The translations under genes and the position numbers were made by a program. A DNA stretch of 64,000 nucleotides from positions 34,468-98,467 of the forward strand of contig DUDF01000068.1 of the NCBI GenBank assembly GCA_012959435.1. The letters are read 5' to 3'. The stretch comes from Candidatus Poseidoniales archaeon. Its GTDB lineage: Archaea > Thermoplasmatota > Poseidoniia > Poseidoniales > Thalassarchaeaceae. The notes under the pieces were generated by a model, which ran no database searches, was not told the origin of the DNA, and saw only the letters and a program-made list of their open reading frames with translations. This document shows positions 1-9,798 of this stretch, piece by piece. Within the stretch, counting starts at the first letter, position 1; each line of letters begins with the position of its first letter.

Positions 1-162
1 ACCGACTCAAATTGTGTTGAAGATAACTACTGTTTGACTATGACTTCTAGTACAGGAGATTTCCGAAATCATTTGGATGGAACTTGGACAGTTCAAGTAT
101 TCAACACTAAGCAGCATAATGCGGAAATCATTGAAATCCAGATAATCCTCAAATATAAATGA
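1..162 (+). CDS. 3' end of a CDS running off the left edge; C-terminal beta-rich domain resembling a proprotein-convertase P-domain or pre-peptidase C-terminal domain (function uncertain)
   Basis: Frame 1 is open from nt 1 to TGA at 160-162. The tail ...FRNHLDGTWTVQVFNTKQHNAEIIEIQIILKYK has the G-x-W-x-V-x-V ... I-x-I-x-L ending typical of P/PPC-type domains. Only 53 codons are visible. Confidence 0.3.
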   Translation, partial: TDSNCVEDNYCLTMTSSTGDFRNHLDGTWTVQVFNTKQHNAEIIEIQIILKYK

Positions 163-275
163 GGTCATTTGCGCCCCAGTGCCACGTTTAGGGCCCCGAT
201 GAAGGAACCGTTAATCTGCGAGTGGTTCAAATAGGGGTGGTCAGTCGGCGGGTCACTCAAAGGAGTGTATATACC

Positions 276-1565
276 ATGGGTTCACAATGGGAAGATAAGA
301 GCAAGGATCACCTGAACATCGTTTTCGTAGGTCACGTTGACCACGGAAAATCGACCACAGTAGGTCGTTTGATGCTAGACAGCGGACATATCGAGGCTCA
401 CGTTATTGAGAAGTTCGAGAAGGAAGCAGCAGAGCGTGGAAAGGCGGGATTCGGTTTCGCTTACGTTATGGATGGATTGAAGGAAGAGCGCGAACGTGGT
501 ATTACCATTGACGTTGCACACAAAGAATTCTACACACCTAACTATTACTTCACAGTCATTGATGCACCTGGTCACCGTGATTTCGTTAAGAACATGATTA
601 CTGGTACCAGCCAAGCAGATGCAGCAGTTCTGAATGTTGCTGCTAACGATGGTGTAAACGCACAAACCAAGGAACACGCTTTCTTAGCTAAGGTTCTTGG
701 TGTCAAGGAACTTATCGTCAACGTCAACAAGATGGATATATCTGGTGTTGATTGGTCAGAAGACAGATACAACAGCGTTGTTGAAGAAGTCAAAGGCCTA
801 CTAAGAATGGCAGGTTTCAGGTCTGATGACATTCCTTTCATACCATGCAGTGCTATTGAAGGTGATAACGTATTCAACAGGAGTGACAAGACTCCATGGT
901 ACAAGGGACCTACACTGTTCGAAGCAATTGATTCAGTTAAGTTGCCACCAAAGCCAATTGATAAGCCACTACGCTTGCCAATTCAAGATGTTTACAAGAT
1001 CGGCGGTATCGGAACAGTCCCAGTTGGAAAGATTGAGACTGGTACTCTAAACGCTGGAAAGACAGTTCAGTTCAACCCTTCAGAGAAGAGTGCTGAAGTA
1101 AAGTCAATTGAGATGCACCACACAGTTGTTGAAAAGGCACAACCTGGTGATAACGTTGGATTCAACGTTCGTGGACTTTCAGCAACTGACATCCGCCGTG
1201 GTGACGTTGCTGGATACACAGACAACCCTCCTTCATACGTGCGCCACGATGAAACATTCATTGGCCAAATTCAGTTGATGGACATCCCTAAGGCAATTGG
1301 TGCAGGATACACACCCGTGTTCCATGCTCACACTGCACAAGTGGCTGTTCGCTTCGTTGAACTTCTTGAGAAGACCAGCAAGGGCAAGAAGACTGCTAAC
1401 CCAGACTTCCTAGTAACCGGTGATGCTTGTCTAGTACGTTTCGCACCAACCAAGCCAATGGCAATCGAGGAAGCATCAATATTCCCTGAATTATCTCGCT
1501 TCGCTATTCGTGACATGGGTAAGACCGTGGCTGCTGGCGTGTGCATGAAGATTGAGAAGAAGTGA
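276..1565 (+). CDS. tuf: Translation elongation factor EF-1alpha (aEF1A)
   Basis: GTPase motifs GHVDHGKST, DAPGHRDF and NKMD are present, and the full length looks like archaeal EF-1alpha. I prefer ATG at 276 (MGSQWEDKSKDHLNIVFVGHVDHGKST). The GTG at 222 would add an atypical 18-aa extension. Confidence 0.97.
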   Translation: MGSQWEDKSKDHLNIVFVGHVDHGKSTTVGRLMLDSGHIEAHVIEKFEKEAAERGKAGFGFAYVMDGLKEERERGITIDVAHKEFYTPNYYFTVIDAPGHRDFVKNMITGTSQADAAVLNVAANDGVNAQTKEHAFLAKVLGVKELIVNVNKMDISGVDWSEDRYNSVVEEVKGLLRMAGFRSDDIPFIPCSAIEGDNVFNRSDKTPWYKGPTLFEAIDSVKLPPKPIDKPLRLPIQDVYKIGGIGTVPVGKIETGTLNAGKTVQFNPSEKSAEVKSIEMHHTVVEKAQPGDNVGFNVRGLSATDIRRGDVAGYTDNPPSYVRHDETFIGQIQLMDIPKAIGAGYTPVFHAHTAQVAVRFVELLEKTSKGKKTANPDFLVTGDACLVRFAPTKPMAIEEASIFPELSRFAIRDMGKTVAAGVCMKIEKK

Positions 1566-1618
1566 TTGCCTAACTATTCGGAGAGCACTGAGAATTAATT
1601 TCACAGGTTGGTATCTCC

Positions 1619-1951
1619 ATGGCAAGCATCACAGCAATCAAAATCACTGGTATGAACCATGTTGATGTTGATAGTTTGTGTAATGGTATCAAACAGATTT
1701 CAGAGCAGACTGGTGTCTCAATGAGAGGCCCAATACCACTGCCAACCCGTCGCTTGGTAGTTCCATGCCGCAAAGCACCTGATGGTGAAGGCTGTGAAAC
1801 CTGGGACCACTGGGAGATGCGAGTTCACAAGCGTTTAATCGAGTTGGAGATTAACTCAACCAAGGATGAAGCAGTTCTTGCACGAGTTGTCCACGGTTTG
1901 GAAATTCCAGATACTGTGACCATTGAGATAACTCTGCGCAATGTCAACTAG
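1619..1951 (+). CDS. rps10: 30S ribosomal protein S10 (uS10)
   Basis: The protein is 110 aa with GPIPLPTRRL...HKRLIEL, which is typical of uS10. It lies directly downstream of tuf, as in the archaeal str-like cluster. Confidence 0.95.
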   Translation: MASITAIKITGMNHVDVDSLCNGIKQISEQTGVSMRGPIPLPTRRLVVPCRKAPDGEGCETWDHWEMRVHKRLIELEINSTKDEAVLARVVHGLEIPDTVTIEITLRNVN

Positions 1952-1958
1952 ATTCATC

Positions 1959-2897
1959 TTAAGCGATAGATGCATCTTCTGCGAATCCTGCCGCAATCAA
2001 TCCAGTTGCGAAGTCAGATTCGCAAAACTCAACATCACCTTCCATCAGTTCTAACTCGTTTCCATCTGTATCCATAATTGGCGCTGGTAAGTCGGTTAAC
2101 ATTTTGATACGGATCATTCTGTCATCAGTCTCATCTGCTGAATTCTTACTTTCTTCAAGCGATGCACTTTCTGTAGAGTGTGAATCTTCCGTACTTGTGA
2201 CGTCTGGCTTTACCATTCCAGAGGTAGGGTAGGCACTCATTTTGGCAATTCTATTTTCTTCATCTTCATCAGGGTCTTCATATGGTTGGGATTCAACCTT
2301 TTTGACAACTACTTTTGGTGGCCCTTGTCCTGTGATTCCCCCATCATCCTTGACAAACGAGTCTAACTGAACTGTACCTCGCTCAACGACAGGGTTTTGC
2401 TCGGTTTCCCCAATCAATCCTTTTTGCAAGACATTCCATGAAACGTGGCGCTTGTACTTCTCAATTAGTTCATTCAAACCCTCGTAAAACGCTCTCTCTG
2501 CAGCGTCATGCCTCTGCCAGTCAAGTGGGGTGAGTGGACTCTTTGCATCTCCTAGGACATCACCATAAGGCGCTGATGCTAGATTATTGGTGGATGCGTG
2601 TCTAACGAAAGAAGTCAATCGGTGTTGAGTTAGATCAGCAACAGCTCTTCTGACATTCCCTTGGCGCCGGCTGAGATTTTGTGCTTTCACACTCCAGCCC
2701 TCAGATTTTCCTACTTCGGCTAGTTCAATATCGATGTTTGCAAGAAGAGTTGAAACCTGAGCCCAAAAATCAGGGCGAGGTAATTCAATTGGGTGATTCT
2801 GTTTAGCTTGTTGCCGCACTAAACTGAACAATTGGTTCTCTATTGCTTGCAATTGTGCGGCGCTAACGCGCGTAACTTCACCTCCCTCGCCGCTCAT
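1959..2897 (-). CDS. Hypothetical protein, probable GINS subunit (Gins51-like) with a long acidic linker
   Basis: The N-terminal half is helical. The C-terminal roughly 55 aa (MIRIKMLTDLPAPIMDTDGNELELMEGDVEFCESDFATGLIAAGFAE) matches the pattern of the GINS B-domain (V.vL.D.P.f.G.DG..y.l.kGDv..lp...A..Li..G.A). This is recognised from memory only. Confidence 0.45.
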   Translation of the reverse strand: MSGEGGEVTRVSAAQLQAIENQLFSLVRQQAKQNHPIELPRPDFWAQVSTLLANIDIELAEVGKSEGWSVKAQNLSRRQGNVRRAVADLTQHRLTSFVRHASTNNLASAPYGDVLGDAKSPLTPLDWQRHDAAERAFYEGLNELIEKYKRHVSWNVLQKGLIGETEQNPVVERGTVQLDSFVKDDGGITGQGPPKVVVKKVESQPYEDPDEDEENRIAKMSAYPTSGMVKPDVTSTEDSHSTESASLEESKNSADETDDRMIRIKMLTDLPAPIMDTDGNELELMEGDVEFCESDFATGLIAAGFAEDASIA

Positions 2898-3020
2898 TTC
2901 AACTCGCCCGATTTCCCACTGCTAGAAGGCATCCTAAGAATGCTTCACTCAAAACCATCCATAATTTCGATAACTCAGTCATGGTTGGAGAGAGTTCAAA
3001 CGAAGTGAGCACACCCAGTT

Positions 3021-6000
3021 ATGTGCAGAGGCGAAGCCATGGTGGAGAATTCAGATACAAGGAGAGCCTATCTTCTTGCTCTGTTACTCATCATCATGCC
3101 AATGACGATGCTCGTCTCCGCTAACCAAACCATGTGGGTGGGTCCAAGTGTTGTTTCATCCCCTCTTGGTGGTGGTAATGTCACTGTTACTGGTTTCCAA
3201 GTCCCTCAAGGTGAAGAAGTGCTTGATGCTTGGTTAGAGGTCAGTGAGGACGGTATGACCGACCTTGGCACCGGTGTTGAGTGGGTTGAGGATGCTAATG
3301 GTAAACTCAACTTTAGTTGGGGTCTTTGGGATTCAACTACAGCAAACTTCTTTGATGGTGCACTGAGTCTTGATGCAAACCATTCGGTTGGTAGAGTTAA
3401 TGACTTTGAAACCTTGAAGAGGATAGTTCAAGATTGGCAATATGGTGGCACCCCAGGTGTCTGGGAAATAAGCGATATGTTGGGGATTGCTGGCCCAATC
3501 AATGGTTCAGGGCGTGAATCTAGTGGTGGCTTGATCCCAATTGGGGGAGTGACCGGGCGTTACATCATCGCTACTTCCGACGACCAAGCACTTTCAAACG
3601 GAGTTCACAGTTGGATGGAATCTCCAGACTTTTACGTTCCAAATGTGATCGGCAATTTCAATCTCACATTCTCATATTGGCAGCATATGTATACGCCAAG
3701 CGAAGTTAACGGAAATGCTGATGGCGCTTGGGTTGAGATGAGTATTGATGGTGGGGCAAATTGGAATTACGTCACTCCAGAGGGGGGCTACAATAACCGT
3801 ATTAATTCTGCAGCTCCAGCACCAAACGGTAGTGGTGGTTCAAATTTTGAAGTGTGGGCTTCACCTAATGCAACAGGATGGCAACAAGCGACATTCAATC
3901 TTGATAACTATCCCGGAATTGCTAATGCTAGCAATGTCCGTTTCCGCTTCGTTGTTTGGACAGATGTCAACTCAACTGTCCAAAGACCAGGAATGTTCCT
4001 TGACAATGTAAACCTCACCAATACTGGGGCAGAGTTCGGTTCTTGGTTCCATGGTAATCTATCAACTTACTATGCGGATGGTGCTAATTCCTTCCTTTCA
4101 TTTGAAGCCAATCTATCAAATGCAAGCGGCCCAATCATGCTAGACTATGCGGTTGATTTTGACATGGAAGGAGATATCTATGACAATTTCAATTGGGAGT
4201 GGTCACTCAACAACTTCACATGGACTTCATTTTCCCCTCAGATGCCATCTTTTGGAGTTCTAATTGGGGGGCAAATGTATGTTGATGATTCAAGAGGTTG
4301 GAAGCCTCTTTCACATCCGTTACCACAATCACTCGCTGGCAATTCTTCTGTTTACATCCGCGTCTACCTTGAGACAGACTCATTCCCAGGTTCAGGTTTT
4401 GGTGGTACAACCCTAGACCCACCAGAAGGATTGTTTATCGACGATGTAAGGATATCATCGGGGACAACGGGTAATCAAACAACACACCTCTACCTAAATT
4501 TCACAGGTGTCAATAACGGTAATGCTACACACGGAAACATCGGTTCAGGGCTAGACGAGTGGCAACATCTAACCACTCACGGTGTGAATGGTCCTTCATA
4601 TCAAGCTGATTCTTTTGAGAATTCACCTCTCCTTCCTGAAGGGTGGGTGATTGATACGGACCGCGGCTCTGGATGGGAATTCCGTGCACATAACACAACG
4701 TGGGTGTATGGTCCTGATACTCCAGATTCAGGTTCTTATTACGCAGGTATTGTCTTTTCAGATAATTATCAACCGAATACTTGGACACATTTGATATCCC
4801 CTGCTTTGGCGATTCCTGTTGGTAGCCATGCACGTATTTCATTCAAGCAATTTGCATGTGCTGAACCGGGTTGGGACGGTGGTGTTGTTTACATCTCAAC
4901 CGACGATGGTCGTACTTGGATTCCTTATGGACAGAATGAACCTGATTTCTATGATACCCAACAGAATCAGAATCCAACTTCAGATATCTACAATTTGTGG
5001 GCAATGGATGGCAGTAATGCAAAGCCCACTTGTTATGGACAGCGTGGTCCTAGTAATAACAAATCATGGGTTACTAAGGAGGCAGATGTCAGTCAGTATG
5101 GTGGCCAAGCAATAAAATTAAGATTTTCGTTTTATTCTGATCCACTATTGGAAGCGGATGGTTGGTATCTTGATGATGTCGGGCTCTATGTTGACTGGTT
5201 TGAAGAGCAGGGAACTTGGACAAGCGGTTTAATTGATACAAGCAGGAATGGTTTGGGAACGATAGACATTGATGCCTCTGTTCCTAATGGGACCTGGGTC
5301 CGCTGCTCACTAATGGATGAAAATGGGGCAATTATGTTAGGGATGACAAATCTTAGTTTCCCTGCCATTCCATTACCTGGTTCACTCGGTGAAAAGGTGA
5401 GAATCAAATTAGATATGGGGACTTCTGAACCGGAATTAACACCAAAGATTCACGCATTGTATGTTGGGGGGACAAACATCTTCTCAGCTCGAGATGCATC
5501 TAATGGCTGGGCTATATCGCCATACCTTGATTTGAATCAAACATCAGGAAATCTGACAAATCTAGGATTATCCACCTATTCAGTCACAGGCCCCCTAATT
5601 TATGCGAATAGCCCAATGGAGGTATTTGAGTTATCAGGAGTAGGTGCCGGTGTTCTTGTGACATTGCTAGACGAGAGGGGAGTATCGTTCAATTATGGGT
5701 CATTAGGAAACAAAACAGTTCAAAGAACAATACCTCTAACTGCTTATCGTGTTCAAATTGACTTACAACCAGGAGGCTGGATTAATTCATTAAAAGTTGC
5801 AGGGAGAATTCTTCAACCCGGATTAAATGTCTCAATAGATGTTGGTGACGATGGGTCCATTGATTGGTCATTCAGTGAAGGAAATGATGGACGTGGTCAA
5901 CTTGGATGGCAGGATTCTCTAATGCTATCTAATTCAAGAAATGCAACCACTGATTCCCAATGGAATGGCATGAATTTTATCTCTCTACTAATTCCCAATG

Positions 6001-9000
6001 GCGCAATTGTTACTGGGGGTGTAGTCGGTGTGCAAACCTATCAGCAGTCCGTTGAAGTTAATCTTTCAATAGGTGGGGTTTCACTGCTTAATCAGCAAAC
6101 GGTTGAAAATGGCTTAGGAGTGATGGTATCATTAAACACAGCAGTCATTCAATCCATCAACGCTCAAGTTGGCATGCCTTTGCCAAATGCAACAAGGGAT
6201 TGGAAGCAAATCCCAATTTCACTCGATACAACTGATTTAACTCAAATCCGTATTTATGGGGTGAACTACATCTTGAGGGACAATGTATCAGGTCTTGGGC
6301 CAGTAGTTTCTGAGGCAGTTAATGCAAGCAGTCCAACTAATGGGACTTACAACATCCCAGTTCGAGTAGATTCAGAGGCTGGCGGTATCGGATTGTGGGG
6401 CGGGGTTGACCATGCACCACTTTTGGTTAACGAAGTGGTTTCAGTACCAGGAACTTGGCTTCCAGACCGACCCACAATCATTACTACTGAACTAACGCAT
6501 TTGTATGCAAGGGAACTGTTGGCTAGTGCCAATCTAACGTTGACTGCGCCTAGTGGGGATTTGATATCATTCTCGATTTCAGATTTTTCAAGCACCCCTA
6601 CATTCACTCAAAATAGTGGGGGTGGCCAAGTATCATTTGATACAACAACTACCACAATTTCACCAATTGAAAGAGGGTGGCAGATTGAATGGCATCTACA
6701 GACAGAATGGGGTTGGGACGATGTCGATTGGCTAGATGTTGCTGCCGGTTCTTGGGCCGTTAATGGCGTAAACCTTGCTGATGATGTTGTCAGAATAGGC
6801 ATAGGTTCGAAAGCAGTTGAAAATGATATGGAAATAGATACTTGGGAAGTTAGGAACCAAGATGGTAATCTGCTTTCGACCCGTGGCTCGCCAGCGTATC
6901 CATTTGAAATCGCCGCTGGCTCAATTGTTGAGGTCTCTGGCAAAGTCCGTTTTGAAGATTCAACAATGCGTCCTTCAAATGAAAATTTTCAGGTCACAAT
7001 CCAATCTGAACATATCAATCAGACATTGCAAGTTGTTGCCTCAAGTGGCCAAAATGGCCAGTGGAACGCTAGTGTTGTTCTCGGGCAAGCAAGCGGAAAA
7101 GTCAATCTCACTGCATGGATCCTTCGTCCTGGACCTACTGGTGTGTCTTTGAGTGGTGCAACAGATGTTACTAGTGATAGAACCCCTGTTACCCTAATTA
7201 TCGATTCCAACCCACCTACTCTCGGCCCATTGATGGCCTACACACCGAGTGGCCCAAGGCCAGCCGATGGCAATGTATGGCCAGAGGACAGGCTCTTACC
7301 TCTGTCAGTAGAAATATCAGAAATTGAATCCCTTGGCGGGCCCTTATTTCTACATTCGTGGATGGAAGGACTTGATGACATAGATAGCGACGGTGAAGCT
7401 GATGAATGGGAATATTCAATCATGCGTGAAATAACTCCAATGAAAGTAAACGGGACAGTGAAAATTGATTTCCCATCTCTAGATTTGGTGGCAAATGGAG
7501 AACATGGAAAGATTTCACTTTACATTACTGGATCTGACCTAGCAGGTCATCCCGTGCTAAATGGTGGGGCACCTGGTGTCGACAATGATATGGCAACCCT
7601 AGTGACTCAGGCTGACTTACCAACTACAATTTCGCAACCATCCATATCTCTTGATAGGTGGGGTGATAATCTACTGGTTGGTCAAATCCATGAATTCTCA
7701 TTTTCACTTACTGATGACAATGGTATCGGTTCTATTGACAACATTTCAATTGCGTTAGCGCCGGGAGATTATCGAGGTGATATCTGGCTTGATCCACTTT
7801 CTAGAGAATTATCGGTAAATGATAATTCTCCAATCACCCCAGTTGGTTTGGTTATTGATGAACTAGCCGCAGGCTCTTTCAAGGTAAAAATCCAATTCCG
7901 CCTTGGGGTTGATTCACCTCAATCGTGGAATACTTCAATCCAAAACCCCAGTGTAATAGTGACTGAGCACGGTCAAGTGCTAGAACTCGGAAGCAATTCA
8001 CTTTCTCATCTTTCATGGTCTGTTGATGGGAGAGTCAATCTGATGTTGTTAAGCGCCAACGACCTTTCCCCCCCTAATAGTGAATTAATAGGGGATACTC
8101 TGTATCTTCAACCCGATGATAGGTTCAATTTTTCGGGTCAATTACATCATCCAGCAAATGGATTAAATGTGGTATTGGATGGTAATTGGCAAGTCAATTT
8201 TAGCATGACCGACGGTCAAAATGATGTTGAAAATTGGCATATCGCTCTTTCTGATGCGTCCTCGTTCATAGCCACTTCTGAAATACCACAAACGAGATGG
8301 AATCGTAGGTCAGCAATGGTGCAAGCAATAATAGTTGGAGGTGTTCAAACAATACCCATTACCGAGATGAAATTACATATCGTAATTGATTCAATCCCCC
8401 CCCAACTTGATTTCCCTGTGACTACACTTAGCACCATCAACTCGAATCAGATGATGCAACAATTAGTGACCGTGCGGGTAAACGAAGCAGGAGGGATGGG
8501 GCAAAACCCTCTAGAGTTGCACTGGTCATTTAGAAGGCACGGCGTAGAAATTTCGAGTATGCACGGGGTTTCACAATTACCCCTCGCAACTGAGGCAGAA
8601 GGATTGTGGACGTATTCCACGAGAATAGATTTTGATGTTAATCCCGACCTTCTAATTCCAGATGATGATTTGGTGATATGGATAGTTGGGGGCGACTTAG
8701 CGGGGCATTCTTTAGAAGGAATCGGTACTGAAGGGAATAGCAGAATGACTCAATTACGTGTCATATTTTTCCAGCCAGTACTTTCAGAATTAACTGTAAA
8801 CCCATATCAGCCAACTATTGAATCGATGTTTACGATTGATGGCCGTATATTGAATGAAGGAAACGATATGGGTGTTGTAAAAGTTGGATTATGGGCATGG
8901 CAATCTAGTGGTGGCGGGGGTCGTTACCACGTTCTTAACGAGACTAATGTGACACTTTTACCTCAGCAGCATGCCATTTTCACATTTTCACAAGAGGCTT

Positions 9001-9335
9001 GGGCATCTGGCGATTTACAACTATATATTGCCATTAATGATGATGAAACAAATCTCACAAGCGTTCCCGTTGGACTTGTTCGTGAGCAATCTACAGGTGA
9101 AATTTTATGGCAGAATTTAGATTCACCTGCTGCGATTGGTCTAATGATATTACTAATATCTGTAGTGTTAATGATTGTAGTTGCAGCGGTTAGACACAGT
9201 GATGAAGAATGGGATGAGGTGGAGGAAGAAGAAGCCCCACCACCGCCACCATGGGCTCCTGATGAATGGCCAGAAGGTGCAGGCCCTCCTCCCGAAATAC
9301 TAACTCAGAGTTCATCACTTCTTGAGGAAGAGTGA
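3021..9335 (+). CDS. Giant (2104 aa) type-I anchored surface protein; predicted glycoprotein/adhesin-like
   Basis: - N-terminal signal or anchor: AYLLALLLIIMPMTMLVSA.
- Dozens of N-x-S/T sequons.
- Three jelly-roll modules ending FLDNVNL, LFIDDVRIS and GWYLDDVGLYV (MAM / choice-of-anchor-J-like).
- A CARDB-like domain near the C-terminus.
- TM helix AAIGLMILLISVVLMIVVAAV.
- Acidic, proline-rich cytoplasmic tail ending LLEEE.
- Alternative start at ATG 3039. Confidence 0.85.
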   Translation: MCRGEAMVENSDTRRAYLLALLLIIMPMTMLVSANQTMWVGPSVVSSPLGGGNVTVTGFQVPQGEEVLDAWLEVSEDGMTDLGTGVEWVEDANGKLNFSWGLWDSTTANFFDGALSLDANHSVGRVNDFETLKRIVQDWQYGGTPGVWEISDMLGIAGPINGSGRESSGGLIPIGGVTGRYIIATSDDQALSNGVHSWMESPDFYVPNVIGNFNLTFSYWQHMYTPSEVNGNADGAWVEMSIDGGANWNYVTPEGGYNNRINSAAPAPNGSGGSNFEVWASPNATGWQQATFNLDNYPGIANASNVRFRFVVWTDVNSTVQRPGMFLDNVNLTNTGAEFGSWFHGNLSTYYADGANSFLSFEANLSNASGPIMLDYAVDFDMEGDIYDNFNWEWSLNNFTWTSFSPQMPSFGVLIGGQMYVDDSRGWKPLSHPLPQSLAGNSSVYIRVYLETDSFPGSGFGGTTLDPPEGLFIDDVRISSGTTGNQTTHLYLNFTGVNNGNATHGNIGSGLDEWQHLTTHGVNGPSYQADSFENSPLLPEGWVIDTDRGSGWEFRAHNTTWVYGPDTPDSGSYYAGIVFSDNYQPNTWTHLISPALAIPVGSHARISFKQFACAEPGWDGGVVYISTDDGRTWIPYGQNEPDFYDTQQNQNPTSDIYNLWAMDGSNAKPTCYGQRGPSNNKSWVTKEADVSQYGGQAIKLRFSFYSDPLLEADGWYLDDVGLYVDWFEEQGTWTSGLIDTSRNGLGTIDIDASVPNGTWVRCSLMDENGAIMLGMTNLSFPAIPLPGSLGEKVRIKLDMGTSEPELTPKIHALYVGGTNIFSARDASNGWAISPYLDLNQTSGNLTNLGLSTYSVTGPLIYANSPMEVFELSGVGAGVLVTLLDERGVSFNYGSLGNKTVQRTIPLTAYRVQIDLQPGGWINSLKVAGRILQPGLNVSIDVGDDGSIDWSFSEGNDGRGQLGWQDSLMLSNSRNATTDSQWNGMNFISLLIPNGAIVTGGVVGVQTYQQSVEVNLSIGGVSLLNQQTVENGLGVMVSLNTAVIQSINAQVGMPLPNATRDWKQIPISLDTTDLTQIRIYGVNYILRDNVSGLGPVVSEAVNASSPTNGTYNIPVRVDSEAGGIGLWGGVDHAPLLVNEVVSVPGTWLPDRPTIITTELTHLYARELLASANLTLTAPSGDLISFSISDFSSTPTFTQNSGGGQVSFDTTTTTISPIERGWQIEWHLQTEWGWDDVDWLDVAAGSWAVNGVNLADDVVRIGIGSKAVENDMEIDTWEVRNQDGNLLSTRGSPAYPFEIAAGSIVEVSGKVRFEDSTMRPSNENFQVTIQSEHINQTLQVVASSGQNGQWNASVVLGQASGKVNLTAWILRPGPTGVSLSGATDVTSDRTPVTLIIDSNPPTLGPLMAYTPSGPRPADGNVWPEDRLLPLSVEISEIESLGGPLFLHSWMEGLDDIDSDGEADEWEYSIMREITPMKVNGTVKIDFPSLDLVANGEHGKISLYITGSDLAGHPVLNGGAPGVDNDMATLVTQADLPTTISQPSISLDRWGDNLLVGQIHEFSFSLTDDNGIGSIDNISIALAPGDYRGDIWLDPLSRELSVNDNSPITPVGLVIDELAAGSFKVKIQFRLGVDSPQSWNTSIQNPSVIVTEHGQVLELGSNSLSHLSWSVDGRVNLMLLSANDLSPPNSELIGDTLYLQPDDRFNFSGQLHHPANGLNVVLDGNWQVNFSMTDGQNDVENWHIALSDASSFIATSEIPQTRWNRRSAMVQAIIVGGVQTIPITEMKLHIVIDSIPPQLDFPVTTLSTINSNQMMQQLVTVRVNEAGGMGQNPLELHWSFRRHGVEISSMHGVSQLPLATEAEGLWTYSTRIDFDVNPDLLIPDDDLVIWIVGGDLAGHSLEGIGTEGNSRMTQLRVIFFQPVLSELTVNPYQPTIESMFTIDGRILNEGNDMGVVKVGLWAWQSSGGGGRYHVLNETNVTLLPQQHAIFTFSQEAWASGDLQLYIAINDDETNLTSVPVGLVREQSTGEILWQNLDSPAAIGLMILLISVVLMIVVAAVRHSDEEWDEVEEEEAPPPPPWAPDEWPEGAGPPPEILTQSSSLLEEE

Positions 9336-9363
9336 CAAAGGGAAGCATATACCGAGTTGCAAC

Positions 9364-9448
9364 GCAGGGGTACCCGAGCGGTCAAAGGGGGTGGGCTCAA
9401 GATCCACTGCTTAGTGCTTCGCAGGTTCGAATCCTGCTCCCTGCACCA
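9364..9448 (+). tRNA. tRNA-Leu (anticodon CAA), genomically encoded CCA
   Basis: - Manual cloverleaf: acceptor GCAGGGG/TCCCTGC.
- Anticodon stem-loop GTGGG-CTCAAGA-TCCAC.
- 13-nt variable arm.
- T-arm GCAGG-TTCGAAT-CCTGC.
- Discriminator A at 9445, CCA at 9446-9448. Confidence 0.9.
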
Positions 9449-9466
9449 AAATACAATATTATTGTT

Positions 9467-9631
9467 TCAGAAATAATCTAACGAGTAGCCGATGATATAT
9501 GTCCCAATGAAAACTACCGGTCCATATAACAGGACCAATTTGAGCATTTTCCACCACCTCTTATCTCCTATTCTCTCTTCAATCGCATCAGCGGCGCCGG
9601 CTCCAATCTCTTCAATCAGTTCTAGGGGCAT
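9467..9631 (-). CDS. Small (54 aa) tail-anchored membrane protein, hypothetical (not in the ORF track)
   Basis: Hand translation gives MPLELIEEIGAGAADAIEERIGDKRWWKMLKLVLLYGPVVFIGTYIIGYSLDYF*. It has an acidic amphipathic N-terminus, a basic/Trp interface and one clean TM helix. It is more protein-like than the overlapping Ser-rich plus-strand ORF 9492..9695. No clear RBS is visible. Confidence 0.3.
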   Translation of the reverse strand: MPLELIEEIGAGAADAIEERIGDKRWWKMLKLVLLYGPVVFIGTYIIGYSLDYF

Positions 9632-9798
9632 GTCCCGGCCATTAGGTTCAGAACATCATTCTTTGCCCATTATCCTTTTTCGGGTAATATCTTAGAATTT
9701 CTCAATAGGGAAATCATTTTTTCAATTAGATATTCATTACTAAAAATCTCCTCATTAGTTAGGCACACATTCAAACAGGGGAGGCAATAGGTCAGGTT

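Noticed and set aside
222-275. GTG-initiated 18-codon N-terminal extension of tuf in the ORF track
   Set aside because: Archaeal EF-1alpha starts about 15-20 residues before GHVDHGKST, and ATG 276 fits that. The extension is not EF-like.
9492-9695. 67-aa plus-strand ORF in the tRNA-Leu/ATPase gap
   Set aside because: It is Ser/Pro/Ile-rich and not protein-like. The opposite-strand 54-aa tail-anchored ORF is the better, though still tentative, reading.
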